Shown here piece after piece: positions 46,213 to 55,540 of a stretch of DNA of 64,000 bases. Numbering within the stretch: the stretch's first letter is position 1; every line of letters starts with the position of its first letter. Source of the stretch: an uncultured Clostridia bacterium (GTDB lineage: Bacteria; Bacillota; Clostridia; Oscillospirales; Ruminococcaceae); contig CAMCFA010000006.1 of NCBI GenBank assembly GCA_945873955.1, positions 1,759 to 65,758 of the forward strand, given 5' to 3'. The notes below the pieces were generated by a model. That model worked only from the letters and a program-made list of their open reading frames with translations, was not told the DNA's origin and ran no database searches. The position numbers and the translations under genes were made by a program.

Positions 46213-47418
46213 ATGGCAAAGCTGAACGAAAACTTTTTCAAGCTGAAAAAGAACTACCTTTTTATTGATATCGCAAAGAGGATAAAGGCGTACACCGCCG
46301 CTCACCCCGACGCAAAGCTCATCAGAATGGGCATTGGCGACGTTACGCAGCCCCTTGCTCCCGTCGTTGTTGATGCAATGGTGAAGGCTGCAAAGGAAAT
46401 GGGCGTCAAGGAGACCTTCCGCGGCTATGAGGACAGCGGCGCCGGCTACGACTTCCTGCGCAACGCAGTCTCCGGCTACTACAAGTGCTTCGGCGCAGAC
46501 GTTGACCCGGCGGTAATCCACATCAGCGACGGCGCAAAGAGCGACTGCGGCAACATTATCGACATCTTCGGCGCAGGCAACACCGTTGTAGTCACCGACC
46601 CGGCTTACCCGGTCTATGTTGACAGCAACATCATGAGCGGCAACGAGGTGGTCTATGCCAACTCTACCGAGGAGAACGGCTTCGCCGCAATGCCCCCGAA
46701 GGACATAAAGGCTGACCTCATCTACCTCTGCTCCCCGAACAACCCCACCGGCTCTGTCTACACAAAGGCGCAGCTTAAGGAATGGGTGGACTACGCGCTT
46801 GCCAACGACGCTGTTATCATCTTTGACGCAGCTTATGAAGCGTTCATCACCGAACCCGATCTGCCCAGAAGCATTTACCTCATTGAGGGCGCGAAGAAGT
46901 GCGCTATTGAGATATGCTCCCTGTCCAAGACCGCCGGCTTCACCGGAACACGCTGCGGCTACACCGTCGTTCCGGACGAGCTTGTGCAGAAGAACAGCAG
47001 CGGCGAGGAGGTAAAGATCGCCGACCTGTGGAACAGACGTCAGGGCAGCAAGTTCAACGGCGTTTCCTATCCCGTTCAGCGCGCGGCGGAGGCTGTGTTC
47101 ACCCCGGAGGGACAGGCGCAGACAAAGGCGACTATCGCTTACTATCAGGAGAATGCCCGCATGATCGCAAAGACCTGCGACGAGCTTGGTATCAAGTACA
47201 CCGGCGGCATTAACTCCCCATACATCTGGCTTAAGTCCCCGAACGGCATGGATTCTTGGGCGTTCTTCGACTACCTGCTGAATGAAATTCAGGTTGTCGG
47301 CACTCCCGGCGCAGGCTTCGGCGCGAACGGCGACGGCTGGTTCAGACTGACCGCGTTCAGCACTCACGAGCTTACTGCGGAGGCTATGGAGAGGTTTAAG
47401 AAGCTGTTCAAGAAGTAA
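46213..47418 (+). CDS. dapL: LL-diaminopimelate aminotransferase
   Basis: 401 aa. MAKLNENFFKLKKNYLF N-terminus and PLP-Lys region SLSKTAGFTGTRCGY. Confidence 0.9.
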   Translation: MAKLNENFFKLKKNYLFIDIAKRIKAYTAAHPDAKLIRMGIGDVTQPLAPVVVDAMVKAAKEMGVKETFRGYEDSGAGYDFLRNAVSGYYKCFGADVDPAVIHISDGAKSDCGNIIDIFGAGNTVVVTDPAYPVYVDSNIMSGNEVVYANSTEENGFAAMPPKDIKADLIYLCSPNNPTGSVYTKAQLKEWVDYALANDAVIIFDAAYEAFITEPDLPRSIYLIEGAKKCAIEICSLSKTAGFTGTRCGYTVVPDELVQKNSSGEEVKIADLWNRRQGSKFNGVSYPVQRAAEAVFTPEGQAQTKATIAYYQENARMIAKTCDELGIKYTGGINSPYIWLKSPNGMDSWAFFDYLLNEIQVVGTPGAGFGANGDGWFRLTAFSTHELTAEAMERFKKLFKK

Positions 47419-47435
47419 TTCGCAATATACAACAA

Positions 47436-47474
47436 TCAGCCTAAGAGCGACAAACTCTTAGGCTGATTGTTTAT
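47436..47474. terminator. Bidirectional terminator (dapL / trpA)
   Basis: 12-bp stem tcagcctaagag / ctcttaggctga, T-rich on both sides. Confidence 0.75.
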
Positions 47475-47484
47475 GTGGGAGAAA

Positions 47485-48255
47485 TTATCTGATCGCGTCC
47501 TTCATGCTCTTTACATACTCATAGATATGCTCCGGAGCTTCGCTGCCGTACTTCTCAACCAGCTTCACTATCGCGCTGCCGACGATAACTCCGTCGGAGA
47601 TAGCAGCCATTTTCTGCGCCTGCTCCGGCTTGTTGATTCCGAATCCGATAGCCGCCGGGACTTTTGCGTACTTCTTCACCGCGTCCATGATGTGGTCAAG
47701 GTCGGTCTTTATCTCGCTTCTCATGCCGGTGACGCCCATTGAGGAAACTATGTAGATGAAGCCCTCCGCCTCCTCGGCTATCATCTTGATACGCTCCTCG
47801 CTGGTGGGAGCTATCAGCGAAATGACTGAAATGTCATACTTCTTCGCCACGTCGGAGGCTTCGTGCTTCTCCTCGAATGGCATATCCGGGCAGATAAGCC
47901 CGTCAACGCCGATATCCTTACACCGCTGGAAGAACCTGTCGTAACCGTACTTGAACACCGGGTTAAGATAGGTCATGAAGCATATCGGGATATCCGTTTG
48001 GCTGCGTACTTTCTCCGCCAGCTCAAACGCGCGGTCGGTGGTCATACCGTGACTGAGCGCTCTGATATTCGCGCCCTGAATCACCACGCCCTCGGCGATA
48101 GGGTCGGAGAACGGAATGCCTATCTCGATAAGGTCAGCCCCCGCCTTAACCATTGCCATAATGTTGTTGTAGCTGTCCTCAAAGGTCGGGTCGCCCGCCG
48201 TCAGAAAGCCTATGAATGCTTTTTTGTTCTCAAATGCGTTCTTTATCTTATTCAT
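47485..48255 (-). CDS. trpA: Tryptophan synthase alpha chain
   Basis: [18 protein letters not shown] motif. Last gene of the trp operon. Confidence 0.95.
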   Translation of the reverse strand: MNKIKNAFENKKAFIGFLTAGDPTFEDSYNNIMAMVKAGADLIEIGIPFSDPIAEGVVIQGANIRALSHGMTTDRAFELAEKVRSQTDIPICFMTYLNPVFKYGYDRFFQRCKDIGVDGLICPDMPFEEKHEASDVAKKYDISVISLIAPTSEERIKMIAEEAEGFIYIVSSMGVTGMRSEIKTDLDHIMDAVKKYAKVPAAIGFGINKPEQAQKMAAISDGVIVGSAIVKLVEKYGSEAPEHIYEYVKSMKDAIR

Positions 48256-49432
48256 GAAGATCTATCCCCCTGTATCTTGCAATTGCCGCAACGTCCTTAT
48301 CTCCGCGCCCGGACAGGCAGCATATAATGATGTCCTCCTTGCTCATGGTCGGAGCTATCTTCATCATATGGGCAACGGCGTGGGCGCTCTCGATAGCGCA
48401 GATTATGCCCTCGGTGCGGGCGATATACTCGAATGCGTTCACCGCTTCGTCGTCGGTGACGGGGACGTACTCCGCCCTGCCTATCGAATGAAGGTAAGCG
48501 TGCTCCGGACCGATACCGGGGTAGTCAAGCCCCGCGGAAATGGAGTAAACCGGCGCGATCTGTCCGTACTCGTTCTGGCAGAACAGCGACTTCATGCCGT
48601 GGAAGATACCCAGCGTGCCGGTAGCGATAGTCGCCGCAGTTTCGCCGGTGTGTACGCCGCGCCCCGCAGCCTCGCAGCCGATCAGCCTTACGTCATTGTC
48701 GTTTATGAAGTTGTAGAACATGCCCATTGCGTTTGAACCGCCGCCGACGCACGCCATAACAGCGGTGGGGAGCCTGCCCTCTTTTTCAAGTATCTGCTCT
48801 CTCGCTTCCTTTGAGATAACGCTCTGGAAGTCACGGACGATCATCGGGAACGGGTGCGGTCCCATTACCGAACCAAGAACATACAGCGTGTCGTCCACAC
48901 GGGTAGTCCAGTCGCGCATTGCCTCGTTTACCGCGTCCTTGAGGGTCATAGTGCCGGAGGTGACGGGGTTCACCTTTGCGCCCAGCAGCTCCATGCGGTA
49001 GACGTTCAGCGCCTGCCGAATGGTGTCCTCCTTGCCCATGAATATCTCGCACTCCAGCCCCAGCAGAGCCGCCGCAGTCGCCGCAGCAACGCCGTGCTGA
49101 CCCGCGCCGGTCTCGGCGATTATACGGGTCTTGCCCATTTTCTTCGCAAGCAGTGCCTGTCCCAGCACGTTGTTGATCTTATGAGAACCGGTGTGGTTCA
49201 GATCCTCGCGCTTGAAGTAGATCTTCGCGCCGCCTAAGTCCTTCGTCATTTTCTCTGCGTAATAGAGCAGCGACGGTCTGCCGGCGTAATCCCGCAGCAG
49301 CGCGTTCAGCTCGTCGTTGAAGTCCTTGTCGTTCTTGTAGAACTCGTAGGCTTCCTCCAGCTTGTGGATCTCATTCATCAGCGTTTCGGGGATATACTGC
49401 CCGCCGAATTCGCCGTAACGTCCGTTTGACAT
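48248..49432 (-). CDS. trpB: Tryptophan synthase beta chain
   Basis: [14 protein letters not shown]-Lys motif. 394 aa. Confidence 0.95.
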   Translation of the reverse strand: MSNGRYGEFGGQYIPETLMNEIHKLEEAYEFYKNDKDFNDELNALLRDYAGRPSLLYYAEKMTKDLGGAKIYFKREDLNHTGSHKINNVLGQALLAKKMGKTRIIAETGAGQHGVAAATAAALLGLECEIFMGKEDTIRQALNVYRMELLGAKVNPVTSGTMTLKDAVNEAMRDWTTRVDDTLYVLGSVMGPHPFPMIVRDFQSVISKEAREQILEKEGRLPTAVMACVGGGSNAMGMFYNFINDNDVRLIGCEAAGRGVHTGETAATIATGTLGIFHGMKSLFCQNEYGQIAPVYSISAGLDYPGIGPEHAYLHSIGRAEYVPVTDDEAVNAFEYIARTEGIICAIESAHAVAHMMKIAPTMSKEDIIICCLSGRGDKDVAAIARYRGIDLHE

Positions 49433-49456
49433 AATATGTTTCCTTTCTGTTGTATA

Positions 49457-50530
49457 TTATTGTTTTTCAAGAATTTCTTCAAAAAAGCTCTCTATCTGCG
49501 ACAGGAATTCGGCGTTCGGCTGATTCACCGTGTCCAGATCCGCTGTCCGGTAAACCTCCGCGATCTCGTCGGTGCTGCCGTTCTGCGCCTTTATTTCCCT
49601 GACCGTTTCCTTTATCTCCCGCTTTATCGCAGCGCCCTCCGGGGTGTCGAACATTCCGTTATGGGTGCAGCCCTCCAGCGTGAGAAATTCTGCGTTCGGG
49701 TCGGTGATAAGCTCCCGCTTGTGCATTATCGCGGACTCCTCATAGCCGATAGTTTCATCCTCCGTGCCGTGGATCACCAGCACCGGAGCGTCCGTGCTGT
49801 TTATCCCGTCCACCGCGGAAAGTCCGGCGTACTCGCCGAAAAGCAGCTTGTTGTACAGACATATCGACGGGTAGATAAGCGGTCTGAAATCGCCGACAAC
49901 GCCGCTTGCGAACTCATATATCATCTCGACAGGCTCGGCATAGCCGGAAACGCTCGCCACGCCGTCCACCTCATGCCCGAAATTCAGCACCGCAGTCACC
50001 GCATAGCCGCCCCAGCTATGTCCCATGAGAAACCTCGGCAGAGCGGAAAGCTCCGGGTCGGCTTCTATGTAATCCAGCGCCGCGTCCAAGTCCAGAGCCG
50101 ACTGTGGAAGCCCCTTTGTGCCCGCGCCCCCGCTGCTTCCGCTGCCGGTCGCGTCGTAGGCGAACACCCGCCAGCCGTTGTCCACGAACCACAGCAGCGA
50201 CTTCATGTAGCTCTCATGACCGCTGCCTATGCCGTGGGCGAAAACCAGCAGCGCCTTGTCGTTTTCCGCGCCGTAGATATAGCCTTGCAGCGTGTTCTCG
50301 CCGGAGGTGAAGCTGACGTTCACCCGCGGGTAGTCGTTCTCGTAATGCTCGTAATAGTAATTGTTTGTGAACTGCTGCGGGGTGTAATCCGCCCGCCCGA
50401 ACTGCTCGTTCATGTTCACCGAAACGACTATCGTCGCCGCCGCGAACAGCAGCACCAGCACCGCCAGTACTATCACGGTTATCCTCAGTGCAAGACGCTT
50501 CGGTTTAGTTTTTGTCTTTGTTGGAGTCAT
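49457..50530 (-). CDS. Membrane-anchored alpha/beta hydrolase embedded in the trp operon
   Basis: 357 aa. N-terminal TM, nucleophile elbow GHSWGG, later HGTEDE and CTHNG (candidate Asp/His). Gaps of ~20 nt to trpF and trpB. Confidence 0.8.
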   Translation of the reverse strand: MTPTKTKTKPKRLALRITVIVLAVLVLLFAAATIVVSVNMNEQFGRADYTPQQFTNNYYYEHYENDYPRVNVSFTSGENTLQGYIYGAENDKALLVFAHGIGSGHESYMKSLLWFVDNGWRVFAYDATGSGSSGGAGTKGLPQSALDLDAALDYIEADPELSALPRFLMGHSWGGYAVTAVLNFGHEVDGVASVSGYAEPVEMIYEFASGVVGDFRPLIYPSICLYNKLLFGEYAGLSAVDGINSTDAPVLVIHGTEDETIGYEESAIMHKRELITDPNAEFLTLEGCTHNGMFDTPEGAAIKREIKETVREIKAQNGSTDEIAEVYRTADLDTVNQPNAEFLSQIESFFEEILEKQ

Positions 50531-50549
50531 CTGACCCGCCCTTCCCTGT

Positions 50550-51158
50550 TTAGTAGCGTACAGCCCTCACCGCCGCCAGCATTTTTTCCCTGTCCTTTAC
50601 GCGGTCGGTTTCTATGCCGCTGGAGAGGTCAACACAATATGGTTGAATTTCCAGCGCCGCCCGCCGCAGGTTCTCCGGGGTAAGTCCCCCCGCAAGGAAG
50701 AACGGCTGCCGTATCGCCGCTTTGTCTATCAGCGTATGGTCGAAGCTCTGCCCCGTGCCTGTGCCGTTGTCCAGCAGCAGGAAATCCGCGCCAAGCTCCT
50801 GCGCCTGCGCAATATCCTCCGCGCTGCGTACCTTTACCGCCTTGATTATCGGCGCGTCCGTGAGCGCCCTCAGCCTGCGGATATACTCCGCGTCCTCGCC
50901 GCCGTGAAGCTGTATCAGATTTATTATACCACAATTCGCATACTCTGCGCAAGTGGTTTCCGGGGAATTCACAAAAACACCTACCGATTTTATCTCCGGC
51001 GAGAGCCGCCGTTTCAGCCGCTCGGCGGTCTGCATATCAATGCTGCGGTGGCTTTTCGGGAATTCCAGCACGAAGCCTATGTAATCCGGCTGCGCCTCGT
51101 TCGCGTAGTCAATGTCGCACTCCCGGAACATTCCGCACAGCTTGATCCTTACGCTCAT
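50550..51158 (-). CDS. trpF: Phosphoribosylanthranilate isomerase
   Basis: 202 aa. IKLCGMFR start, LAGGLTPENL. Confidence 0.9.
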   Translation of the reverse strand: MSVRIKLCGMFRECDIDYANEAQPDYIGFVLEFPKSHRSIDMQTAERLKRRLSPEIKSVGVFVNSPETTCAEYANCGIINLIQLHGGEDAEYIRRLRALTDAPIIKAVKVRSAEDIAQAQELGADFLLLDNGTGTGQSFDHTLIDKAAIRQPFFLAGGLTPENLRRAALEIQPYCVDLSSGIETDRVKDREKMLAAVRAVRY

Positions 51159-51937
51159 ACGCCGCCCCTCAGTTCGTCCAGTGCCGCTTTCTTGTCCGGG
51201 CTTCTCATCAGCGTTTCGCCGATAAGCACCGCGTTCGTGCCGTTTTCCCGCAGCGCCCTAATATCTGCGGCGGTCTTTATGCCGCTCTCGGACACGAAAA
51301 GTATCTCCGACGGGACGAGCTTTCGCAGCCGCGCGGAATTGTTTATATCCACCGTGAAGGTCTTTAAATCGCGGTTGTTCACGCCGATTATTCCCGCGCC
51401 GACTGAAACCGCGGTGCGGACTTCCTCCTCGTCGTGAGCCTCCACCAGCGCGGAAAGCCCCAGACTGTGCGCTATTTCAAGATACTCCGCAAGCTGATCC
51501 CGGCTTAGAATGGAGCATATCAGCAGCACCGCCGAAGCCCCCAGCGTTTTCGCCTGGTATATCATGTACTCGTCCACGGTGAAGTCCTTGCGGAGCACCG
51601 GGATCTTCACCGCCGCCGCTATCTCACTGAGATACCTGTCGCTGCCCTTGAACCAGAACGGCTCGGTAAGGCAGGATATCGCCGCAGCCCCCGCCGCTTC
51701 GTAATCCCTCGCAATGTCAAGATACGGGAAGTCCTCCGCGATCATTCCCTTTGAGGGTGAAGCGCGCTTCACCTCGCATATAAACGAAATGTCCGGGGCG
51801 GCAAGCGCCTTTTTGAACGGGAAGCCGGTGTCCGGGCTGATGTCCTGCGCCCGCTTTTTCATCTCGGACAGCGGAACGGCGGCTTTTTCCTCCGCCACGC
51901 GCTGCCGGGTTCTTTCTGCAATTTCCTGTAAGATCAT
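51155..51937 (-). CDS. trpC: Indole-3-glycerol phosphate synthase
   Basis: [13 protein letters not shown] and [10 protein letters not shown] motifs. Confidence 0.95.
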   Translation of the reverse strand: MILQEIAERTRQRVAEEKAAVPLSEMKKRAQDISPDTGFPFKKALAAPDISFICEVKRASPSKGMIAEDFPYLDIARDYEAAGAAAISCLTEPFWFKGSDRYLSEIAAAVKIPVLRKDFTVDEYMIYQAKTLGASAVLLICSILSRDQLAEYLEIAHSLGLSALVEAHDEEEVRTAVSVGAGIIGVNNRDLKTFTVDINNSARLRKLVPSEILFVSESGIKTAADIRALRENGTNAVLIGETLMRSPDKKAALDELRGGV

Positions 51938-52947
51938 GCCCCGACCTCGTTCGATACCTTTATGTACTTTTCAAGTGTTGCAAGCGCCGCGCCGCTGTCG
52001 ATAGTTTCTGCCGCCAGTTTGATACCCTCGTCGATCGTGATCTCCTTTACTATGTGGAGAGCCGCGCCGGCGTTCAGCAGAACTGCGTCCCTGCCCGCGC
52101 CCTTTTCTCCAGAGAGTATCTTCCGCGCCGCTTCGGCGTTGTCCGCGGGAGTTCCCCCCGCAAGCTCCGACTTCTGGTGGCGTGTGAACCCGAACTGCTC
52201 CGGGGTGATCTCGTATTCCTTGTACTCGCCGCCGCTGAACTCCACCACCTTTGTGGAATCGCTTACAGATATCTCGTCAAGGCGGTCATTGCCGTACACC
52301 GCCATGCCGCGCTTTACGCCCAGCTTCGTCAGCGCCTGCGCCATAGGCATTAGAAGCTCCGGCTTGTACACGCCGAGGAGCTGTAAATTCGCGTGAGCGG
52401 GGTTAGTCAGCGGGCCTAAAATGTTGAACACCGTCGGGATACCGATCTCCCTGCGGACAGGTCCGACGTACTTCATGGCGCTGTGGAACTTCTGCGCAAA
52501 CAGGAAGCACATTCCTTCCTCGTCCAGCAGCTTTACGCAGCCCTCCGGGTCTGTGGAGATATTCACGCCCAGCGCTTCAAGGCAGTCCGCAGTGCCGCAT
52601 TTGCTGGAAGCCGCGCGGTTGCCGTGCTTTGCGACCTTAACTCCCGCCGCCGCGCATACTATCGCAGATATCGTGGAAACATTGATCGAATTAGAGCCGT
52701 CGCCGCCGGTGCCGACAATTTCAAGCAGGTCGCCGCCGTAGTTCACACGGGTAGCGCAGTCGCGCATTACAAAAGCGCTGGCGGAGATCTCGTCGGTGGT
52801 CTCGCCCTTGATGTGCAGCGCCGTGAGGTAAGCCGCGGTCTGCGCCGGGGTGGTGTTTCCGGTCATTATTTCCCGCATTACCTCCGCCGCTTCGTCGTAG
52901 GAAAGGTCGGTGCCGTTTGTTACCTTGATTATTGCTTCCTTTATCAT
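51934..52947 (-). CDS. trpD: Anthranilate phosphoribosyltransferase
   Basis: [13 protein letters not shown] motif. 337 aa. Confidence 0.95.
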   Translation of the reverse strand: MIKEAIIKVTNGTDLSYDEAAEVMREIMTGNTTPAQTAAYLTALHIKGETTDEISASAFVMRDCATRVNYGGDLLEIVGTGGDGSNSINVSTISAIVCAAAGVKVAKHGNRAASSKCGTADCLEALGVNISTDPEGCVKLLDEEGMCFLFAQKFHSAMKYVGPVRREIGIPTVFNILGPLTNPAHANLQLLGVYKPELLMPMAQALTKLGVKRGMAVYGNDRLDEISVSDSTKVVEFSGGEYKEYEITPEQFGFTRHQKSELAGGTPADNAEAARKILSGEKGAGRDAVLLNAGAALHIVKEITIDEGIKLAAETIDSGAALATLEKYIKVSNEVGA

Positions 52948-53516
52948 AATGTTACCTCCAGAAAGTTCTCAGCCATTTTTCTTCCGTGCTGTGTAAGTAT
53001 CGACTCCGGGTGGAACTGCACGCCGAAGATCGGGTATTGCTTATGCTCCACCGCCATTATCTCGCCGTCGTCGGTTCTCGCCGTTACTTTAAGGCAGTCC
53101 GGGAAGCCCGTTTCCGAAGCCGCCAGCGAATGATACCGCGCGACCTCGCACATCTCCGGGATATCCCTGAACAGCCTGCTGGAAGTGTCCAGCTTCGTCA
53201 CTGACTTCTTGCCGTGCATGAGCTTTTTCGCGTAGGTTATCTCCGCGCCGAAGCTTTCGCATATTGCCTGATGTCCCAGACACACGCCCAGCAGCGGCAC
53301 TTTCCCCGCCGCCGCTTTGATGACGTCCTCGCACACGCCGGCGTCGCAGGGTCTGCCCGGACCGGGGCTGATGATGATGTGAGAGGGCTTCAGTGCCAGT
53401 ATCTCCTCAACGGAAAGCTCGTCGTTGCGTATCACCTTGATGTCCGGGCTTATACCGCCGATAAGCTGATATAGGTTATATGAAAAGCTGTCGTAATTGT
53501 CGATCAGAAGTATCAT
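52944..53516 (-). CDS. trpG: Anthranilate synthase component II (glutamine amidotransferase)
   Basis: GVCLGHQAI catalytic Cys, HPES. Confidence 0.9.
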   Translation of the reverse strand: MILLIDNYDSFSYNLYQLIGGISPDIKVIRNDELSVEEILALKPSHIIISPGPGRPCDAGVCEDVIKAAAGKVPLLGVCLGHQAICESFGAEITYAKKLMHGKKSVTKLDTSSRLFRDIPEMCEVARYHSLAASETGFPDCLKVTARTDDGEIMAVEHKQYPIFGVQFHPESILTQHGRKMAENFLEVTL

Positions 53517-54985
53517 AACTGTTCCTCCTGTGCCGCTTTGAGCGCGTTCATTACTGCTTTAGCCTTGTTTATGCACTCGTTGAATTCGTTTTCGGGAACG
53601 CTGTCTGCAACTATTCCCGCGCCGCTTCTTACAAACACCCTGCCGTTCTTCTTGAACGCAAGCCTTATCGCAATGCAGGTGTCAAGATTTCCGCGGAAAT
53701 CAATGTAGCCCACCGCGCCGCCGTATACGCCGCGCTTGTTGTTTTCAAGCTCGTTGATTATCTCGCAGGCTCTGAGCTTCGGCGCGCCGGACAGCGTTCC
53801 CGCGGGAAGTATCGCGTCCACCGCGTCAAGTGCAGACTTGTTGTCGAGTATCTCGCCCCGCACCGTCGAACCTATATGCATAACGTGGGAGTAGCGCTCA
53901 ATGCTCATGTATTTTTCTACCTCTACGCTGCCGAATTTGCTTATCTTGCCGATATCGTTTCTGCCGAGGTCAACCAGCATGTTGTGCTCCGAAAGTTCCT
54001 TTTCGTCCCGGAGAAGCTCCGCCTCAAGCTGTTTGTCCTGCTCGTCCGTAGCGCCGCGGGGTCTTGTTCCCGCCAGCGGGAAGGTGTGCAGCACGCCGTT
54101 TTCCAGCTTCACCAGCGTTTCGGGGGAAGCTCCGGCTATCTCCATATCGTCGCTGGAGAAGAAGAACATGTACGGCGACGGGTTCGTGGCTCTCAGCACG
54201 CGGTAGGCGTCGAACAGGCTGCCCTCAAAGTCCGCGTCAAGACGGTTGGAAAGCACCACCTGAAAGATATCGCCCTCGTAGATGTACCGCTTCGCCTTCT
54301 CAACCATTGCGCAGTACTGCTCTTTATCGAACAGGCGTCTGAACTCCGAGGTGAGCCGCGCCGGCGGGATATCCGCGGGCTTGCCGTGCCGGATAAGCTC
54401 CTCCATTTCGGCAAGCTCCTTTTCCGCCCGCGCGTACTCCGCGTCAATGTCCGCCGAGGAAATGTTGGTTATCAGCATTATCTTCTGGTGGATATTGTCG
54501 AACGCGATCACCTTGTCGAACAGCATAAGGTCAACGTCCTTGAAGTGCTCCTCGTCCTCTGCGTCAAGGTTGAGAGTCGGCTCGCTGTACTTTATGTAGT
54601 CGTAGGAGAAGTACCCCACAAGTCCGCCGGTGAAGGGCGGGAAGCCCTCTATCTTCGGGCTGCTGTACCCTGCCAGCAGCTTCTTGATGTAGTCCGCCGG
54701 GTGGGACTGCTGCGTAGTTTCAGTCCTGCCGGTGACCACGTCCTTGACGGTGAGTTCGCCGTTTATGCAGGTTATCTCCATTTTCGGATTGTAGCCGAGG
54801 AAGGTGTATCTTCCCCACTTTTCCTGATTCTCTACGCTCTCTAATATGTACACATGCCGGCTTACGTTACGGAGTATACGCAGCACCTCTATCGGTGTGC
54901 GGATATCCGAAAGCATTTCCCTGCAAACCGGGATCACGCTGTACCCGGTGTACTGCTTTGCCTGTTCAAGAGTGGGCTTTAACAT
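53513..54985 (-). CDS. trpE: Anthranilate synthase component I
   Basis: 490 aa. Chorismate-binding C-terminus (GTLSGAPKLRACEII, GGAVGY). Confidence 0.95.
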   Translation of the reverse strand: MLKPTLEQAKQYTGYSVIPVCREMLSDIRTPIEVLRILRNVSRHVYILESVENQEKWGRYTFLGYNPKMEITCINGELTVKDVVTGRTETTQQSHPADYIKKLLAGYSSPKIEGFPPFTGGLVGYFSYDYIKYSEPTLNLDAEDEEHFKDVDLMLFDKVIAFDNIHQKIMLITNISSADIDAEYARAEKELAEMEELIRHGKPADIPPARLTSEFRRLFDKEQYCAMVEKAKRYIYEGDIFQVVLSNRLDADFEGSLFDAYRVLRATNPSPYMFFFSSDDMEIAGASPETLVKLENGVLHTFPLAGTRPRGATDEQDKQLEAELLRDEKELSEHNMLVDLGRNDIGKISKFGSVEVEKYMSIERYSHVMHIGSTVRGEILDNKSALDAVDAILPAGTLSGAPKLRACEIINELENNKRGVYGGAVGYIDFRGNLDTCIAIRLAFKKNGRVFVRSGAGIVADSVPENEFNECINKAKAVMNALKAAQEEQL

Positions 54986-55004
54986 GTTCTAGCTCCTTTC
55001 AGAA

Positions 55005-55292
55005 ACAAAAAACTCCGCCCTTAAACGCAGAATTCACCTGCTTTAAGGACGGAGTATAAACTACACCGTGGTGCCACCTTAATTTGCGGCTCTATTGCCG
55101 CACACTCGCCGGATACTGACATATCCCTGCAATTAACGCTTGCATAACGTCGCAGAATACTCGGCTGGCTTTGGACACCGCCTTTGACTGCGCCCTCAGT
55201 GGTCCATTTGATATGCTCTGCGTTCTGCGGTGATCTCAGCACCCACCGCTCTCTGGGAGTGCAACAAGCATTTTTATCTCCACATCATAGGT
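55005..55292 (-). promoter_or_regulatory. T-box leader (tRNA-Trp specifier UGG) with terminator/antiterminator
   Basis: Minus strand: GA motif UGAUG...CUGA; AGAGAG bulge plus distal loop GGGUGCUGAGA; specifier loop AUCAAA-UGG-A (UGG = 55204-55206); T-box AAUUAAGGUGGCACCACGG (55066-55084); terminator actccgtcc/gggcggagt plus U-run (55007-55055). Confidence 0.85.
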
Positions 55293-55365
55293 TTGTAAGG
55301 GCGTATTGAATTGTATTGAGGACTCCTGCGGATTGGACTCCGCCGAGCGCCTTTTTGATGTTGTT

Positions 55366-55394
55366 AGTTTACCACTTTTTTTCCCTTTTGTCAA
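55366..55394 (-). promoter_or_regulatory. Sigma-A promoter for the trp operon
   Basis: Minus strand reads TTGACA, 17 nt, TAAACT. Confidence 0.6.
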
Positions 55395-55468
55395 TAGGTT
55401 TTTAAAATAATTTCCTATCTGTTTCAGAATTTAAAACCCGCTGTCGGCGCCGCAAGGCACAAAATCCC

Positions 55469-55497
55469 TTGAAAAATCCCGCAGAATATGATATACT
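55469..55497 (+). promoter_or_regulatory. Sigma-A promoter for the GH36 gene
   Basis: TTGAAA, 17 nt, TATACT. Confidence 0.6.
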
Positions 55498-55540
55498 AGA
55501 GCCAACGACCGGCGCCGCCGGATAATCAAGGAGAAGTATT

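Noticed and set aside
46189-47367. 392-aa ORF antisense to dapL
   Set aside because: It is fully overlapped by a gene with clear DapL motifs on the other strand. Its translation is Ala/Val/Gly/Arg-rich with no recognisable motif, which is typical of antisense frames in high-GC genes.
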